A DNA stretch of 64,000 nucleotides from the NCBI GenBank assembly GCA_964016885.1, contig OZ024740.1, positions 388,616,001 to 388,680,000 of the forward strand, read 5' to 3'. Below the pieces are notes generated by a model, which saw nothing but the letters and a program-made list of their open reading frames with translations, did not search any database and had not been told where the DNA came from. This DNA is from Eledone cirrhosa. Lineage: Eukaryota. Each line of letters opens with the position of its first letter. Within the stretch, counting starts at the first letter, position 1. Of this stretch, positions 30,112 through 41,542 are shown one piece after another. Made by a program: the position numbers and the translations under genes.

Positions 30112-30330
30112 TACATATACACAGACACATATACACACTCACATATATATGTGTGTGCACACACTCATATATACACATACACACATATACACATAAACAT
30201 ATATATGTGTATACATGCACACACACACATATATCCACATAGATACGAAGATAGACATATAAATAGAGAGACATACATATATATATACAACCACACATAC
30301 ACACACATACATACACACACATATATATAC

Positions 30331-30407
<77 letters not shown>

Positions 30408-31734
30408 CACACATTCACATACACACACATATACACATGCATATATACACATATATACATACATACACACACACATATATACACACACAATCTTACATTC
30501 ATATTTGCATGCGCATATATGTATTTTTATATTCAGATATAAATACCCAAACATATATACACACCTACCTACATATATATTCATACATACACGCTTACAA
30601 ATACAGATGATAATAGTATGGGGGAAAGGGGGGGTTTGGAGAAGGGGATTGTAGTAAATATATGTTTCAAGAAACATAGAATATTATCCGTATCTTGATC
30701 CAATGTATGTTTTTACATAGTTTCAGTGTTAGGAAATACAATAAACAAGAAATAAGGCAAAATTTATGCATTTCAAAATAAACAAGTATACCATTAATTA
30801 TATGTTAACTAAACTAAAGATAGTTAACATATTGATTTCTAAGGTGTAAATTAGTTAGGTTTATAATATTTGAAGCAGAATTTTGAAGTTAAATAGTAGT
30901 AGAGTATTAATTATAGTATAACTAAATTAAAGTTAATAACGTTATGGTATCAATATTAGGAAATGAATTTAGTAATAGGGAAAAAACAAATAAAGTATTA
31001 CATCGGTAGTAGAATATAAATTATAGGTTAACTAAATTAAAAATTATATATTTATTTCTATAGTATATGTTAATTAGGTATATAATAAATAAAACAGATA
31101 TTGTATTTTATCAATAGCAGAATATAATTATATGCAAATAGAAATCAAAATCAATACACATACATATACATATACATACACATACATATATACATATATA
31201 TACACATATATATATACATATATACACATATACATACACACACACATACACATACACATATACATATACATATTTTTTTCAAAAAATTGCATAGAATATA
31301 TTAACTAGGTATATATCCAAAACACATCCCATTCTATGATTACATGACATTCTGCAATTCGTCTGTATAAGGATACTAATTTTAAGCAAATTAAATTAAA
31401 TTTTTAGGTTGATTAAAATTAAAACCAAATTATAAATATATTTCTAAAATGTATATTAATTAGGTCTATAATACTAAAAATTATTTCTCTGTCATTGGAT
31501 ACACGATATTATTTTGTTATATTTTATCTGTAAAAGAATTATAATAAAAGGTTTAAATAAATTAAAATTAATCTATAAAATTAAATTACTAAGTATATAT
31601 TAGTAATATTTAAAGGTTTTTCACAATTTATGATTACATAATATTTTATATTCTCATCTGTAATAAAATTTTAATTAAATTAAATTTATAGGTTAACTAA
31701 CATTTAAATTAAATTAATTTCTAAAATAATGTTA

Positions 31735-33795
31735 TTAATTAGGTTTATAATATTTAAATGTTTTTTTTAGTTTATGATTACACGATATAATTAATTCCTG
31801 TCGTTTATTTAATAAGATATCCTTAGATTTCATTATTTCAAATAGTTCTTGGGAACATAATCTACATTCATTTCTATTATTTTGATAAGGGGTGGCTCTT
31901 TTGAGCACACTCCAGGTCAAATCATATTCTATATTCTTATTTTTATAACTATTGATTTTTTCTGCTAGAGATGTTGTATTAGCCAGTGCGGCATTTTTAA
32001 AACTATGCTTGTGGGTATTAAACCTTGTCTTAAAATTGTTAGAGGTAGCTCCTATATATGAGCAAATAGAATCTTTAGTTTTAACATTACATTTATAGAC
32101 TATGTTGTTAACAAGACAATTCCCTTTTAATGGGCAGTTTGCTTTGTTTCTACAGTTACATCCTTTCGTTAATTCTGTATTTGAGGAGATATTATGGTTA
32201 ATTTGATGTACTGGTGGTATACTTATGGTTTTCTTACATTTATATGCATTATAGGCACTTATATTTTGTTTTATGTTATTTGTTGTAGAGTATGAGAATT
32301 TAACTGTAGACCTATTTAAGATTTGATGGTATTTGTGGTTTGGCGGGAAGTTTTTCTCAAGGATATAAAAAAATTTTTTAGCAATATTATCCTTAACTTG
32401 TAAATTAAATGGAGCATTATACCAAGTAACCCGTCTATTACGGTTTCTATGTTGTTTATTATTTTTATTATTTTTATAGGTTGTATCGTGATTTTTACTA
32501 GGAGGAATAATGTTAATGATCTCACCACAACCATTTTTAGTTATATTTGTAGATTTAGGTGTTTTATCCTTTTTATTAGGAGTTTTATTATTAATATTTA
32601 TTAGAGTTGTATGATGAGTAGTTTTTTGAGAGTTACTATACTTTATATTAGAAGATTTGGTATTTTGGGGTATAGTGTGGGTGGCATTTAGGTGTGTACT
32701 TTTCATTTGGTGTTTGTTGGTAATATTAGGTTGTATGCTTTCAGTATTTTTAGTAGAAGGTATATATTCTAATCTATTTTTGTGGCCACTTCTATCTAGA
32801 GCTTCGTTATAGAAGGTCGCATTTTTATCAAATACCTCTTGGTTAGAAGAAAGGTTAGAAATTCTAAGTGATATATTATATGCAAGGTTTTTAAGGATAG
32901 ATTTAGGGTGATTAGATTGTGAGTGTATGTAATGTAAGTTTTGGTTAGGTTTATGGTAAGGTTGGTAGATACCCGTAGCTAAATCTAAAGTTATATCTAG
33001 GAAATTTACTACTTTACTTGTTTTTTCAAAAGTAATATTAAGATTATAATAGTCTTTAAGGAAAGTTCTAATATGTTTTTTTTTTTTTTCAATTTCTGAA
33101 AGGCTAAGGTTGTTAGAAAGAAGAAGACAGTCATCACGATATAAACCACCTTTGAGGTGGGGAAAAGAGGCATTTATGTTGAAAAGGAGAAAGAGGCCCA
33201 CAAGATCAGTAATTTGGGCGGAATCACTTGAACCCATAGTAATATCAAAAAGATTACTATATGTGTTTCTGGTCCAGTATTCATTCTGAAATTCAATAAG
33301 TGTTAGTCTAGCATGTGTAATAATATTAATGTCATCCAAAGTTAAGTTAGATCTATTTTTAGCAAATATCAAAGCTTTGTTCAGGAGTATAGGTGATATA
33401 GAAGAATAGTAATTATCTATATCAAATTGTAGAAATGAAGCAGAAGATTTACACCTAATATTTTTAAACCAGTTAATTACCTGGGAGGTGTTTTCCCAGA
33501 GTGGTAAAATAACGTGTTTTCTTATTTGTGGGATGACTCTATCTAAAATTTTTTTGCTAATTATTCCAATATCTGATTTGGAGGGACATATAAGTCTAAT
33601 AGAAGGATTTGAGTTAAAGTTTGATTTGTGATCCTTCAGGTTGAAGTGTGGTCTTTTCAATGCCAAAGGTTCAGTTCTATCTTCAATGTTTAGTTTTTTT
33701 ACTATGTTGTGTGTTTTGTTGTTGATGTTGGTGAGTGACGCATTATTAGATTTTTTATAATTTTTTCTGAGTTCTTTATATATGAACTCGTTATA
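31735..33795 (-). CDS. PLE reverse transcriptase + GIY-YIG endonuclease, uninterrupted but N-terminally truncated (ORF track 31735..33666)
   Basis: RT motifs LKDHK, RLICP, FDIDNYYSSI, FDITMGSSDS, GLYRDD, NFLDITL; thumb Y.H..SNHP; CNCRNKANCPLKGNC linker; IVYKC..SYIG..FKTR..CRLC..E..LLN. Frame stays open upstream (YNEFIYKELRKNYKK..IEDRTEPL) to the inversion junction. Confidence 0.92.
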   Translation of the reverse strand, partial: YNEFIYKELRKNYKKSNNASLTNINNKTHNIVKKLNIEDRTEPLALKRPHFNLKDHKSNFNSNPSIRLICPSKSDIGIISKKILDRVIPQIRKHVILPLWENTSQVINWFKNIRCKSSASFLQFDIDNYYSSISPILLNKALIFAKNRSNLTLDDINIITHARLTLIEFQNEYWTRNTYSNLFDITMGSSDSAQITDLVGLFLLFNINASFPHLKGGLYRDDCLLLSNNLSLSEIEKKKKHIRTFLKDYYNLNITFEKTSKVVNFLDITLDLATGIYQPYHKPNQNLHYIHSQSNHPKSILKNLAYNISLRISNLSSNQEVFDKNATFYNEALDRSGHKNRLEYIPSTKNTESIQPNITNKHQMKSTHLNATHTIPQNTKSSNIKYSNSQKTTHHTTLININNKTPNKKDKTPKSTNITKNGCGEIINIIPPSKNHDTTYKNNKNNKQHRNRNRRVTWYNAPFNLQVKDNIAKKFFYILEKNFPPNHKYHQILNRSTVKFSYSTTNNIKQNISAYNAYKCKKTISIPPVHQINHNISSNTELTKGCNCRNKANCPLKGNCLVNNIVYKCNVKTKDSICSYIGATSNNFKTRFNTHKHSFKNAALANTTSLAEKINSYKNKNIEYDLTWSVLKRATPYQNNRNECRLCSQELFEIMKSKDILLNKRQELIISCNHKLKKTFKYYKPN

Positions 33796-35618
33796 GCAAA
33801 AGAATTTTAGATAGAGTCATCCCACAAATAAGAAAACACGTTATTTTACCACTCTGGGAAAACACCTCCCAGGTAATTAACTGGTTTAAAAATATTAGGT
33901 GTAAATCTTCTGCTTCATTTCTACAATTTGATATAGATAATTACTATTCTTCTATATCACCTATACTCCTGAACAAAGCTTTGATATTTGCTAAAAATAG
34001 ATCTAACTTAACTTTGGATGACATTAATATTATTACACATGCTAGACTAACACTTATTGAATTTCAGAATGAATACTGGACCAGAAACACATATAGTAAT
34101 CTTTTTGATATTACTATGGGTTCAAGTGATTCCGCCCAAATTACTGATCTTGTGGGCCTCTTTCTCCTTTTCAACATAAATGCCTCTTTTCCCCACCTCA
34201 AAGGTGGTTTATATCGTGATGACTGTCTTCTTCTTTCTAACAACCTTAGCCTTTCAGAAATTGAAAAAAAAAAAAAACATATTAGAACTTTCCTTAAAGA
34301 CTATTATAATCTTAATATTACTTTTGAAAAAACAAGTAAAGTAGTAAATTTCCTAGATATAACTTTAGATTTAGCTACGGGTATCTACCAACCTTACCAT
34401 AAACCTAACCAAAACTTACATTACATACACTCACAATCTAATCACCCTAAATCTATCCTTAAAAACCTTGCATATAATATATCACTTAGAATTTCTAACC
34501 TTTCTTCTAACCAAGAGGTATTTGATAAAAATGCGACCTTCTATAACGAAGCTCTAGATAGAAGTGGCCACAAAAATAGATTAGAATATATACCTTCTAC
34601 TAAAAATACTGAAAGCATACAACCTAATATTACCAACAAACACCAAATGAAAAGTACACACCTAAATGCCACCCACACTATACCCCAAAATACCAAATCT
34701 TCTAATATAAAGTATAGTAACTCTCAAAAAACTACTCATCATACAACTCTAATAAATATTAATAATAAAACTCCTAATAAAAAGGATAAAACACCTAAAT
34801 CTACAAATATAACTAAAAATGGTTGTGGTGAGATCATTAACATTATTCCTCCTAGTAAAAATCACGATACAACCTATAAAAATAATAAAAATAATAAACA
34901 ACATAGAAACCGTAATAGACGGGTTACTTGGTATAATGCTCCATTTAATTTACAAGTTAAGGATAATATTGCTAAAAAATTTTTTTATATCCTTGAGAAA
35001 AACTTCCCGCCAAACCACAAATACCATCAAATCTTAAATAGGTCTACAGTTAAATTCTCATACTCTACAACAAATAACATAAAACAAAATATAAGTGCCT
35101 ATAATGCATATAAATGTAAGAAAACCATAAGTATACCACCAGTACATCAAATTAACCATAATATCTCCTCAAATACAGAATTAACGAAAGGATGTAACTG
35201 TAGAAACAAAGCAAACTGCCCATTAAAAGGGAATTGTCTTGTTAACAACATAGTCTATAAATGTAATGTTAAAACTAAAGATTCTATTTGCTCATATATA
35301 GGAGCTACCTCTAACAATTTTAAGACAAGGTTTAATACCCACAAGCATAGTTTTAAAAATGCCGCACTGGCTAATACAACATCTCTAGCAGAAAAAATCA
35401 ATAGTTATAAAAATAAGAATATAGAATATGATTTGACCTGGAGTGTGCTCAAAAGAGCCACCTCTTATCAAAATAATAGAAATGAATGTAGATTATGTTC
35501 CCAAGAACTATTTGAAATAATGAAATCTAAGGATATCTTATTAAATAAACGACAGGAATTAATTATATCGTGTAATCATAAACTAAAAAAAACATTTAAA
35601 TATTATAAACCTAATTAA
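33795..35618 (+). CDS. Second PLE RT + GIY-YIG ORF copy, truncated after RT motif 2 (ORF track 33981..35618)
   Basis: Reads SKRILDRVIPQ... from the junction; identical to the minus-strand copy except K>R near the junction and P>S in KRATSYQ. Confidence 0.92.
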   Translation, partial: SKRILDRVIPQIRKHVILPLWENTSQVINWFKNIRCKSSASFLQFDIDNYYSSISPILLNKALIFAKNRSNLTLDDINIITHARLTLIEFQNEYWTRNTYSNLFDITMGSSDSAQITDLVGLFLLFNINASFPHLKGGLYRDDCLLLSNNLSLSEIEKKKKHIRTFLKDYYNLNITFEKTSKVVNFLDITLDLATGIYQPYHKPNQNLHYIHSQSNHPKSILKNLAYNISLRISNLSSNQEVFDKNATFYNEALDRSGHKNRLEYIPSTKNTESIQPNITNKHQMKSTHLNATHTIPQNTKSSNIKYSNSQKTTHHTTLININNKTPNKKDKTPKSTNITKNGCGEIINIIPPSKNHDTTYKNNKNNKQHRNRNRRVTWYNAPFNLQVKDNIAKKFFYILEKNFPPNHKYHQILNRSTVKFSYSTTNNIKQNISAYNAYKCKKTISIPPVHQINHNISSNTELTKGCNCRNKANCPLKGNCLVNNIVYKCNVKTKDSICSYIGATSNNFKTRFNTHKHSFKNAALANTTSLAEKINSYKNKNIEYDLTWSVLKRATSYQNNRNECRLCSQELFEIMKSKDILLNKRQELIISCNHKLKKTFKYYKPN

Positions 35619-36779
35619 TAACATTATTTTAGAAATTAATTTAATTTAAATGTTAGTTAACCTATAAATTAAATTTAATTAAAATTTTATTACAGATGAG
35701 AATATAAAATATTATGTAATCATAAATTGTGAAAAACCTTTAAATATTACTAATATATACTTAGTAATTTAATTTTATAGATTAATTTTAATTTATTTAA
35801 ACCTTTTATTATAATTCTTTTACAGATAAAATATAACAAAATAATATCGTGTATCCAATGACAGAGAAATAATTTTTAGTATTATAGACCTAATTAATAT
35901 ACATTTTAGAAATATATTTATAATTTGGTTTTAATTTTAATCAACCTAAAAATTTAATTTAATTTGCTTAAAATTAGTATCCTTATACAGACGAATTGCA
36001 GAATGTCATGTAATCATAGAATGGGATGTGTTTTGGATATATACCTAGTTAATATATTCTATGCAATTTTTTGAAAAAAATATGTATATGTATATGTGTA
36101 TGTGTATGTGTGTGTGTATGTATATGTGTATATATGTATATATATATGTGTATATATATGTATATATGTATGTGTATGTATATGTATATGTATGTGTATT
36201 GATTTTGATTTCTATTTGCATATAATTATATTCTGCTATTGATAAAATACAATATCTGTTTTATTTATTATATACCTAATTAACATATACTATAGAAATA
36301 AATATATAATTTTTAATTTAGTTAACCTATAATTTATATTCTACTACCGATGTAATACTTTATTTGTTTTTTCCCTATTACTAAATTCATTTCCTAATAT
36401 TGATACCATAACGTTATTAACTTTAATTTAGTTATACTATAATTAATACTCTACTACTATTTAACTTCAAAATTCTGCTTCAAATATTATAAACCTAACT
36501 AATTTACACCTTAGAAATCAATATGTTAACTATCTTTAGTTTAGTTAACATATAATTAATGGTATACTTGTTTATTTTGAAATGCATAAATTTTGCCTTA
36601 TTTCTTGTTTATTGTATTTCCTAACACTGAAACTATGTAAAAACATACATTGGATCAAGATACGGATAATATTCTATGTTTCTTGAAACATATATTTACT
36701 ATAATCCCCTTCTCCAAACCCCCCCTTTCCCCCATACTATTATCATCTGTATTTGTAAGCGTGTATGTATGAATATATA

Positions 36780-36945
36780 TGTAGGTAGGTGTGTATATAT
36801 GTTTGGGTATTTATATCTGAATATAAAAATACATATATGCGCATGCAAATATGAATGTAAGATTGTGTGTGTATATATGTGTGTGTGTATGTATGTATAT
36901 ATGTGTATATATGCATGTGTATATGTGTGTGTATGTGAATGTGTG

Positions 36946-37022
<77 letters not shown>

Positions 37023-37241
37023 GTATATATATGTGTGTGTATGTATGTGTGTGTATGTGTGGTTGTATATATATATGTATGTCTCTCTATTTATATGTCT
37101 ATCTTCGTATCTATGTGGATATATGTGTGTGTGTGCATGTATACACATATATATGTTTATGTGTATATGTGTGTATGTGTATATATGAGTGTGTGCACAC
37201 ACATATATATGTGAGTGTGTATATGTGTCTGTGTATATGTA

Positions 37242-37281
<40 letters not shown>

Positions 37282-37333
37282 TGTCTATGTGTGTATATAT
37301 GTCTATATTCGTATGTGTGTATATATGTATATA

Positions 37334-37372
<39 letters not shown>

Positions 37373-37630
37373 ATATGTATATATATATATATATATTATT
37401 TATTATATTTATTATTATAATATAACTTGTGTAAGTGTGTATATGTGAGGGTGTGTATATGTATATAATATGTGTATATATAAGTGTAAAAAAATATATA
37501 TATGTGCATGTCTGTTTTTTATGTGTGTGTATATATATATATATATGTGTGTATATATATGTATATGTGGGTGTTTGTATGTGTATTTATGGTGGTATGT
37601 GTGTGTGGGTATGTATATATATATATGAAT

Positions 37631-37704
<74 letters not shown>

Positions 37705-38055
37705 ATTAATGCGTGTATATATGTATATGCATATGCCTTTTTATTTTTATTTGTATGTCTGAGTTGGGTGAGGTTGTAGTGGTGTTTCTATGTATATACG
37801 CATATATGGATGCGTATGTATTTGTATATATGAGTATATGTAAGTGCATATGTATGTATGATTATATATCTAATTCTATGTATGAATATATATGTATATA
37901 TATGTGTGTATGTAAGTTGTGTGTGTATGTATGTATATGTCTATGTGTGTATATATATATGTATGTATATCTATGTATGTGTATGTATGTACATGTATGT
38001 CTATGTATGTGTGTATGTATGTGTGTGTATATATATATATATATGTATATATATG

Positions 38056-38088
<33 letters not shown>

Positions 38089-38701
38089 GTATATATCTTT
38101 ATTATTTATTTTTTATATATATGTGTGTGTGTGTATGTGTGTGTGTGTGTTGTGTATATATATCTTTATATATGTGTATGTGTATGTTCGTGTAGGTGTA
38201 TGTGTGTGTATGACTTTATATTTATGTGTGTATGTGTGCATGCGTATATATTTCTATGTGTGTGTACATGTATGTATGTGTATGTATGTGTATGTGTGTG
38301 TATGTGTATATGTATGTATATATATATATATGTATGTATATATATATATATATATATGTGTGTGTATATATATATATATATATATCTATATGTTTTTCTA
38401 TTTGTATATGTATGTGTGTATAGGTATATACCTTTCTCTTTGTATGTCTAAGTTGTGTGATAGTGTAGTGGTGTTTGTATGTATATACCGATATATAGAT
38501 GCGTAAGTATTTGTCTGTATGTATGTATGTAAGTCTGTATATATTTGTGTGTATATATAGCTATGTATGTGTATATATGTATGTATATAAGTATGTAAGT
38601 GTTGTATATGTGCGTGTATGTGTGTGGTTATATATATGTGTGTCTATATAGTATGTGTGATTATATGTATATGTATGTGTGTATGTATGTGTATATACAT
38701 A

Positions 38702-38747
<46 letters not shown>

Positions 38748-38904
38748 TATTTATATGTATATGTGTATGTGTATGTATGTGTGTATATCTATATGTTTAT
38801 ATATGTGTGTCTATGTATGTTCTTAGTGTGGATGTGTGTATATGTATGTATGTGTTTGTATATGTGTGTATATATATGTATGTGTGTGTGTGTGTGTATA
38901 TGTA

Positions 38905-38984
<80 letters not shown>

Positions 38985-39075
38985 CTTGATATATTTCTTT
39001 TTTCTTTTTTCTTTCTATTCTTTCCTCTTTAATGTTTATTTATTATTTATTATTTTTTATTTTCTTAGTTTATAG
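36780..39075 (+). repeat. Degenerate (TA/TG)n microsatellite-like block inside the PLE 3' UTR (mirror at ~28320-30575)
   Basis: Interruption pattern is copied almost base for base in the opposite arm; only pure (TA)n run lengths and a few sites differ. Confidence 0.85.
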
Positions 39076-39616
39076 ATACATCTATATTAGGCAGTCTGCC
39101 CAGACCGTTGAATACTGACCTCTTCCCCCCCCCCCTCCCACCTAATTTCTGTATCTTGATCTAAATGTGTGTGCCAGTGTTTATGTGAGTGAATTAATAT
39201 CCATGTGCTTATGATTTTATATCCACATATATAAATGTGAGTGGGGGTGGATGTGTGTTTGTATGTTCGTGGTTATGTGTATATTTATGCATATACGCGC
39301 GTGTATGTGTGATTGTACGGATATGTGTGAGTATGAAAAAATATATTTATATACTTAATTTCATATTTGTGTGTCTATACGCATCTTATATGTGCATTAT
39401 AAACTTACAGAGACATTAACCTTGAAATTTTGTATTTGCATCCATCCTTTTAGTATGCGTATACAAATTATACATACATTTTTGTAAAATATGTGTAAGG
39501 GTTTTACATGTATATACACACACCGAACTGCATTTAACCTTTTGTGTTTTCATTGGTCAATTTTGTTCCCAAACGGACCTGAAATTTTGAATTGTTGTTA
39601 TTATCAATAAATATAC

Positions 39617-39770
39617 TTCATTATTTCTGAAGACGGCGTATATATGTGTTGGTATGTATATTTAATCTTGATAGTTTGTATAATTTTGTATAATTTTGTA
39701 CATAGATCTGTTGAATATGCATGCCAATTCTAACACATATATATCCTAGAAACGATCGTTAAATAATGAA
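39617..39770 (+). ncRNA. Type I hammerhead ribozyme with ~115-nt stem II region in the PLE 3' pLTR
   Basis: Perfect 10-bp stem I ttcattattt/aaataatgaa; CTGAAGA 39627-39633; tatatatgtgtt/aacacatatata; GAAAC GATC GTT 39749-39760; predicted cleavage after 39760. Confidence 0.8.
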
Positions 39771-39963
39771 CTTTTTTTGTTTAATATAAGGAACTGTCTC
39801 ATTGTTTATTCATTATTTGTTTAATATTTTATCTTGACTCTGTATACCGTTTATCTTTCACCGAAAGTGATTTTTCATTATATCTCTTCTTTCCATGATA
39901 TCCGGAATACATTGAGTTCTTCATACGGATTGGACACTACCGTAAACTCTTGGTAGATTTATC

Positions 39964-40033
<70 letters not shown>

Positions 40034-40037
<4 letters not shown>

Positions 40038-41506
40038 GGTTTGAGGTTCACCACTGTATAGAGCTGGTCTATTCCGTATGGTCAATCGTAATGCAATAAT
40101 ATAGAGAGTACTCAACGTAAGGCAGTTCAACCGTCTTAGTTTTTGTAATTGGTGGTGCTATTACGGAGTTAAATATTATAATGAAATGACAGGATGCTGG
40201 ATTTGTGTAAATCCTTGAAAGGTTTATTATACTATGATCATTTCAATGACCGGGTTCCGTATGAATCCGGTGATATCATCAGGTATTCGAAATATAATAC
40301 GTGAATGTAATAGATAAAATCCATGGGGCTGAAAATCGAGGACCCGAGGGCGACCGCTATTCTGTTCGTTCAACCTCAGCCGGTAGCCCTGGAGTGACGT
40401 GGCTAAAGTTTATAGTATGCTACTACCGGTCAGATAAACGAAAACAGAAAGGGATGGGTACATAAGTTAACGTCAATCTCATGACACAAGGTAAAAGAAA
40501 GAAAGAAAGGAGGGAGAGAGAAGAAGGGGGAAGAAAGAAGAAGAGAAGCCAGGGTTAATGTCAGCTAAAAGAAGAAAGGCAACTACTACCGGTCAGATAT
40601 AGGCAAGCAAGAGGGGGAAGGAAGATAAATCTGCGGGAGGAAGACAGGAAGAGGGGAGAAGAGAAGGAAGAGAAGAGAGAAGTAGAAAAGTAAGGGTTGA
40701 TGGCTACAAGAAGGAAGATAGAAAGAAAGAGGAAGAAAGGTCGATATTAATGTCAGACCACAGTCTGGCCAGGAGTGGCGCGAGAAAATTTTCACAGGGA
40801 CCGGCATCTTAGCAGAGGTGAATATATTGGGAGTCAGTGTGTTACAGTGTTTAGACTTCTAGGATGAAGTTAAAAAAATTAATAATCAATATTAATAATC
40901 AATATTAAAGAGGTTAGAAAATTTAAAGTTCAACAGTTTAACATTTTATTATATAATAGTTCCGATTTGTTCTGTAATTTAAAGGTACTATGTGGCGGTT
41001 AAAACACCGGCCGCGCCCCGGGCCCCATGGCGAATTAAGCTACGCCGAGTATTTTCATTTACCGAAAGAAGGGAAAATTTATTTTTCCAAGCACTCCAGG
41101 TGAGCTCGTTCGCGAGGGAGCTGGTCGCGCCGCCATTAAAACCCACCCAACAGTCCGACAGAAAGTTGGAACTTTAAAATTTTGCTTAGAGAAGTAGAAG
41201 AGTAATGGTTGATGGCTCCAAGAAGGAAGATAGAAGGAGAGAGGAAGGAAGGTCGATATTAATGTCACACCACAGTCGGGCCAGGAGTGGCGCGAGAAAA
41301 TGTTCACAGGGACCCGCATCTTAGCAGAGGTGAATATATTGGGGGTCAGTGTGTTACAATGTTTAGACTTATAGGATGAAGTTAAAAAATTAATAATCAA
41401 TATTCAATATTAAAGAGGTTAGAAATGTTAAAGTTCAACAGTTTAACACTTTCAGGTTGATATATCTAATAGTTCCGATTTGTTCTGTAATTTATAGGTA
41501 CTATGT
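40034..41506 (-). mobile_element. Family E PLE 3' region (tail, hammerhead pLTR, probable UTR with ~315-bp duplication)
   Basis: 40034-40225 is homologous to 1900-2090; direct repeats 40679-40993 and 41190-41506. Membership of the region beyond 40300 is inferred. Confidence 0.6.
40225..40298 (-). ncRNA. Minimal hammerhead ribozyme (canonical CUGAUGA)
   Basis: Minus strand: atac-CTGATGA-t atcaccgg...ccggtcat t-GAAA T GATC A TA-gtat. Confidence 0.75.
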
Positions 41507-41542
41507 AAGTAAGTAATAGAATTATTTTCGATTATATGTGTT

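Larger units (their letters stand above)
27564..39967. mobile_element. Head-to-head inverted dimer of a Penelope-like retroelement (~12.3-kb palindrome + 135-bp tail)
   Basis: Left arm 27564-33559 is the reverse complement of right arm 33794-39832; 234-bp spacer continues the left ORF; unique tail 39833-39967; (TA)n on both flanks. Confidence 0.93.

Noticed and set aside
28317-30677. Many long YI/CV/HT-rich ORFs here, at 36676-39075, at 45407-46283 and elsewhere
   Set aside because: Translations of (TA)n/(TG)n microsatellites, which lack stop codons in several frames; not proteins.
31735-33795. Selenoprotein-type or N-terminal-endonuclease (Naiad/Chlamys) PLE, telomerase, or bacterial retron/group II RT
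   Set aside because: No in-frame TGA; GIY-YIG is C-terminal; motifs and context are those of a metazoan EN+ PLE.
27564-39832. Palindrome read as a DNA transposon with giant TIRs, or as a pure assembly fold-back
   Set aside because: The arms encode a PLE RT, end at the pLTR/tail border as smaller inserts do, and differ at several sites. An artefact is not fully excluded without reads.
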